38,207 nucleotides of DNA from Flavobacteriales bacterium (GTDB lineage Bacteria; Bacteroidota; Bacteroidia; Flavobacteriales_D; UBA2798): assembly GCA_035628535.1 (NCBI GenBank), contig DASPJQ010000071.1, positions 1-38,207 on the forward strand. The letters run 5' to 3'. Shown here piece by piece: positions 36,189 to 38,207 of the stretch (positions within the stretch are counted from its first letter, which is position 1; the number at the start of each line of letters is the position of its first letter). The position numbers and the translations under genes are program-made. Under the pieces are notes generated by a model, which worked only from the letters and a program-made list of their open reading frames with translations, had not been told where the DNA came from and did no database searches.

Positions 36189-37005
36189 GGGTTATACCTA
36201 CCGAACTCATTGGCAATAAAAAACGCAGTTCCTTGCTGGGTTCCGATTCGTTTGGCGGGTTTGTGTAATTGTAAGAATATTCATTAACGTAATCAATTTC
36301 TTTTTCAGAAGTTGTCATGACTGCAAGCGCATTGATACCGTTTTCGGTGTACTCAGTAATTTCCGAATGCTTGGGAGCCCAATTTTGCAGGTAGGCTGTG
36401 GCCTCAAAGAACAACGTACATTTACCTAACGCATAAGTAAGCCCTACGCCCGAATGAAAACCAATGCTTAAACCACCGGTAAATTTCTGTACGTAGTGTG
36501 ATTCCTGTGAATCGCCCATGGAATGCTCATGGTAATCTACATTAAGCGTACCCTCTGTAAAAGCATTTAACACGATCCCTGTTTTTATATACGTTCTCAA
36601 TTTTTTTTCGCCAAAATTTACACGAACGGCCGGCACACACCGCAATGCATTTGCCTTAATCCTGAATTCTTCCAGGTAATGGTATTCCATGGCGGTTGCC
36701 GCATCAGAATATACAGTGCCGTAAAAACCCCGAAAATAATTTATGCCGAGTTCCAATCCGACATTGCTCCGGATCATATAGCCCACATAAGCACCTGAAG
36801 AAAGCCCTTTTCCCAATGAAAAAGCAGTGCTTTTATACGTGTCAACATTATTCTCCAGGTTGGCCGAATAAAGTACGCCTTCCATGCGGCAAATGCCCAT
36901 GCCGTATGTTAAGTTCAAACCTGCGTACATTTTTTGTGCATCGGCTTTGTTAATTGTTGTGACAAATGCCGTTAAGATTATTATAAAAATAAAAATTGTT
37001 TTCAT
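36160..37005 (-). CDS. Outer-membrane beta-barrel protein (OMP_b-brl-like), paralog 1
   Basis: Signal peptide (MKTIFIFIIILTAFVTTINKADA). Alternating hydrophobic beta-strand pattern with aromatic girdles (GLNLTYGMG, VGLELGINYF, VGLTYALG). Collinear similarity to the adjacent gene. Confidence 0.65.
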   Translation of the reverse strand: MKTIFIFIIILTAFVTTINKADAQKMYAGLNLTYGMGICRMEGVLYSANLENNVDTYKSTAFSLGKGLSSGAYVGYMIRSNVGLELGINYFRGFYGTVYSDAATAMEYHYLEEFRIKANALRCVPAVRVNFGEKKLRTYIKTGIVLNAFTEGTLNVDYHEHSMGDSQESHYVQKFTGGLSIGFHSGVGLTYALGKCTLFFEATAYLQNWAPKHSEITEYTENGINALAVMTTSEKEIDYVNEYSYNYTNPPNESEPSKELRFLLPMSSVGITLGVQVPLGK

Positions 37006-37014
37006 GGGTTAAGG

Positions 37015-37866
37015 TTATTCAGTTTTGCCAAATGAAAAATGGATGCCGATGTTAATGTTTATTGAACTAAATGGAAAATAAACCTTTGTTTGTTTGTCAG
37101 GCTCATTGGTATTGGTTGAGCCATCATCCGTATATTCGTCCACGTATTCCGTTTCTTTTTGATAGGTAGTGAGTGAACCCAGTTCATTCTGGCCATCAAT
37201 GGTGTATTTAATCAATTCACTTCTTTTGGGAGCCCATTCCTGGTAAAATCCTCCAACCTCGGCAAATATACCTAAGGTATTTGTGAACATATATGTTACA
37301 CCTAACGATCCATGCACACCAAATGCCATCCCGCCTGTGTATTCTGTTATCCTGTAGTCGGTTTGCGTTACACCAAACGCTGAAAAAGAATCTTCGTTTT
37401 CATCGGTCAGTTTGTTCCCAATACCCAACACGATTCCTGCTTTTGCATAACCGGTCAATTTCTTTTCGCCAAAGCTCAGGCGCACGGCTGGCATGAGCCG
37501 CATGGTTTTTCCATATGAACGGTTAAGGTATTTCGTGTTGAAATTAAAAAAGCTGTTTCGGTTTTCGGATATAAATTCAAACGTACTCCCTTTAACATAC
37601 GAATAACCCAGTTCAACACCGAAACCGTTTTTAATCATATACCCGGCATACAAACCAGCACTTGTTCCTTGCCCGTACGAATAATGTTTAGCGGTGTAGG
37701 TGTTGTTTACATTGGTGCCATCATCAACCGAGACATAATCCTGGCTGGTGTTGCGTGCAGCCCCCAGGCCATAGCCGCCACCCACCCCGGTATAAAAACC
37801 CTGGCTGTTTACCAGCATGGGCAAGGCAATTAGCCATAATATCCAAAAGATTTTCGCGTGTTTCAT
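37015..37866 (-). CDS. Outer-membrane beta-barrel protein (OMP_b-brl-like), paralog 2
   Basis: Signal peptide (MKHAKIFWILWLIALPMLVNS). Motifs shared with paralog 1: PAVR..FGEKKL..Y.K.GIVL and WAPK.SE...YT..G.N.L...TT..KE..YV.EY. The stop lies 9 nt upstream of the paralog 1 start. Confidence 0.65.
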   Translation of the reverse strand: MKHAKIFWILWLIALPMLVNSQGFYTGVGGGYGLGAARNTSQDYVSVDDGTNVNNTYTAKHYSYGQGTSAGLYAGYMIKNGFGVELGYSYVKGSTFEFISENRNSFFNFNTKYLNRSYGKTMRLMPAVRLSFGEKKLTGYAKAGIVLGIGNKLTDENEDSFSAFGVTQTDYRITEYTGGMAFGVHGSLGVTYMFTNTLGIFAEVGGFYQEWAPKRSELIKYTIDGQNELGSLTTYQKETEYVDEYTDDGSTNTNEPDKQTKVYFPFSSININIGIHFSFGKTE

Positions 37867-38207
37867 ACATAGGTTTTTATGAAAATAGGTCTTTTTAGTT
37901 TGGACCTTAACGCAAGAAACGGGTAGTTATTGTACATGGAGCTGTTTATGCCGTTTAAACACGGTGCGTTCATAAGATTATAATTACATGCAACTCATGG
38001 CAGCCAGGTAAATGCTGTACAATTGTTTATTCAGGGTAAGACACTGTATATAAAATTTTGTAATTTGGAAAACCAAAGCAGCCAAATTTAAATTCCTTTC
38101 GAAAATTGAATTTATGTTGCTAAAGCGTTACTGCGCAAATACCCTTGTATACATAATGGGATAAAAAACGGCTATTGGTGCCTGCTGAAAGCATTGTACA
38201 ATTAATT

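Overview
A 38.2-kb chromosomal segment that looks like Bacteroidota, possibly Chitinophagaceae or Sphingobacteriales. The evidence is a T9SS type-A C-terminal sorting domain, TAnnTTTG-type -7 boxes, no obvious Shine-Dalgarno usage, and roughly 43% GC by eye. Coding density is high. By eye I found no rRNA, tRNA, CRISPR array, transposase, integrase or phage genes, so this reads as core or shell genome rather than a mobile island.

Gene content, left to right:
- The 3' part of a CHAT protease-like gene.
- A four-gene minus-strand signalling operon: cheR (frameshifted), cheB (catalytic domain only), a 1210-aa chemoreceptor-like hybrid histidine kinase with three REC domains, and a REC-HK protein.
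- A Na/Pi cotransporter.
- A macro-domain gene overlapping a 128-aa unknown.
- A Kazal-like lipoprotein gene overlapping a DUF488 gene, plus an HD hydrolase.
- A block of small unknown secreted or membrane proteins around a large PrsW-type intramembrane protease.
- priA.
- A secreted unknown followed by two tandem DUF4140/DUF4139 paralogs.
- An orphan NMT1/SsuA-like binding protein, a Tat-signal Fe/Mn SOD directly behind a BCCP-like gene, and an M1 aminopeptidase.
- A 1144-aa T9SS cargo protein with PNGase F motifs interrupted by a large insertion.
- A BaiN/HI0933-type flavoprotein, a decayed PP2C/SpoIIE remnant, and two tandem beta-barrel OMP paralogs.

The best candidate for an under-described system is the CheR/CheB module. 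It is wired to a hybrid kinase that carries a heptad-spaced EEL/QQ array, and the window has no CheA, CheW or MCP. All domain calls come from motifs read by eye in the ORF translations. No database search was run.
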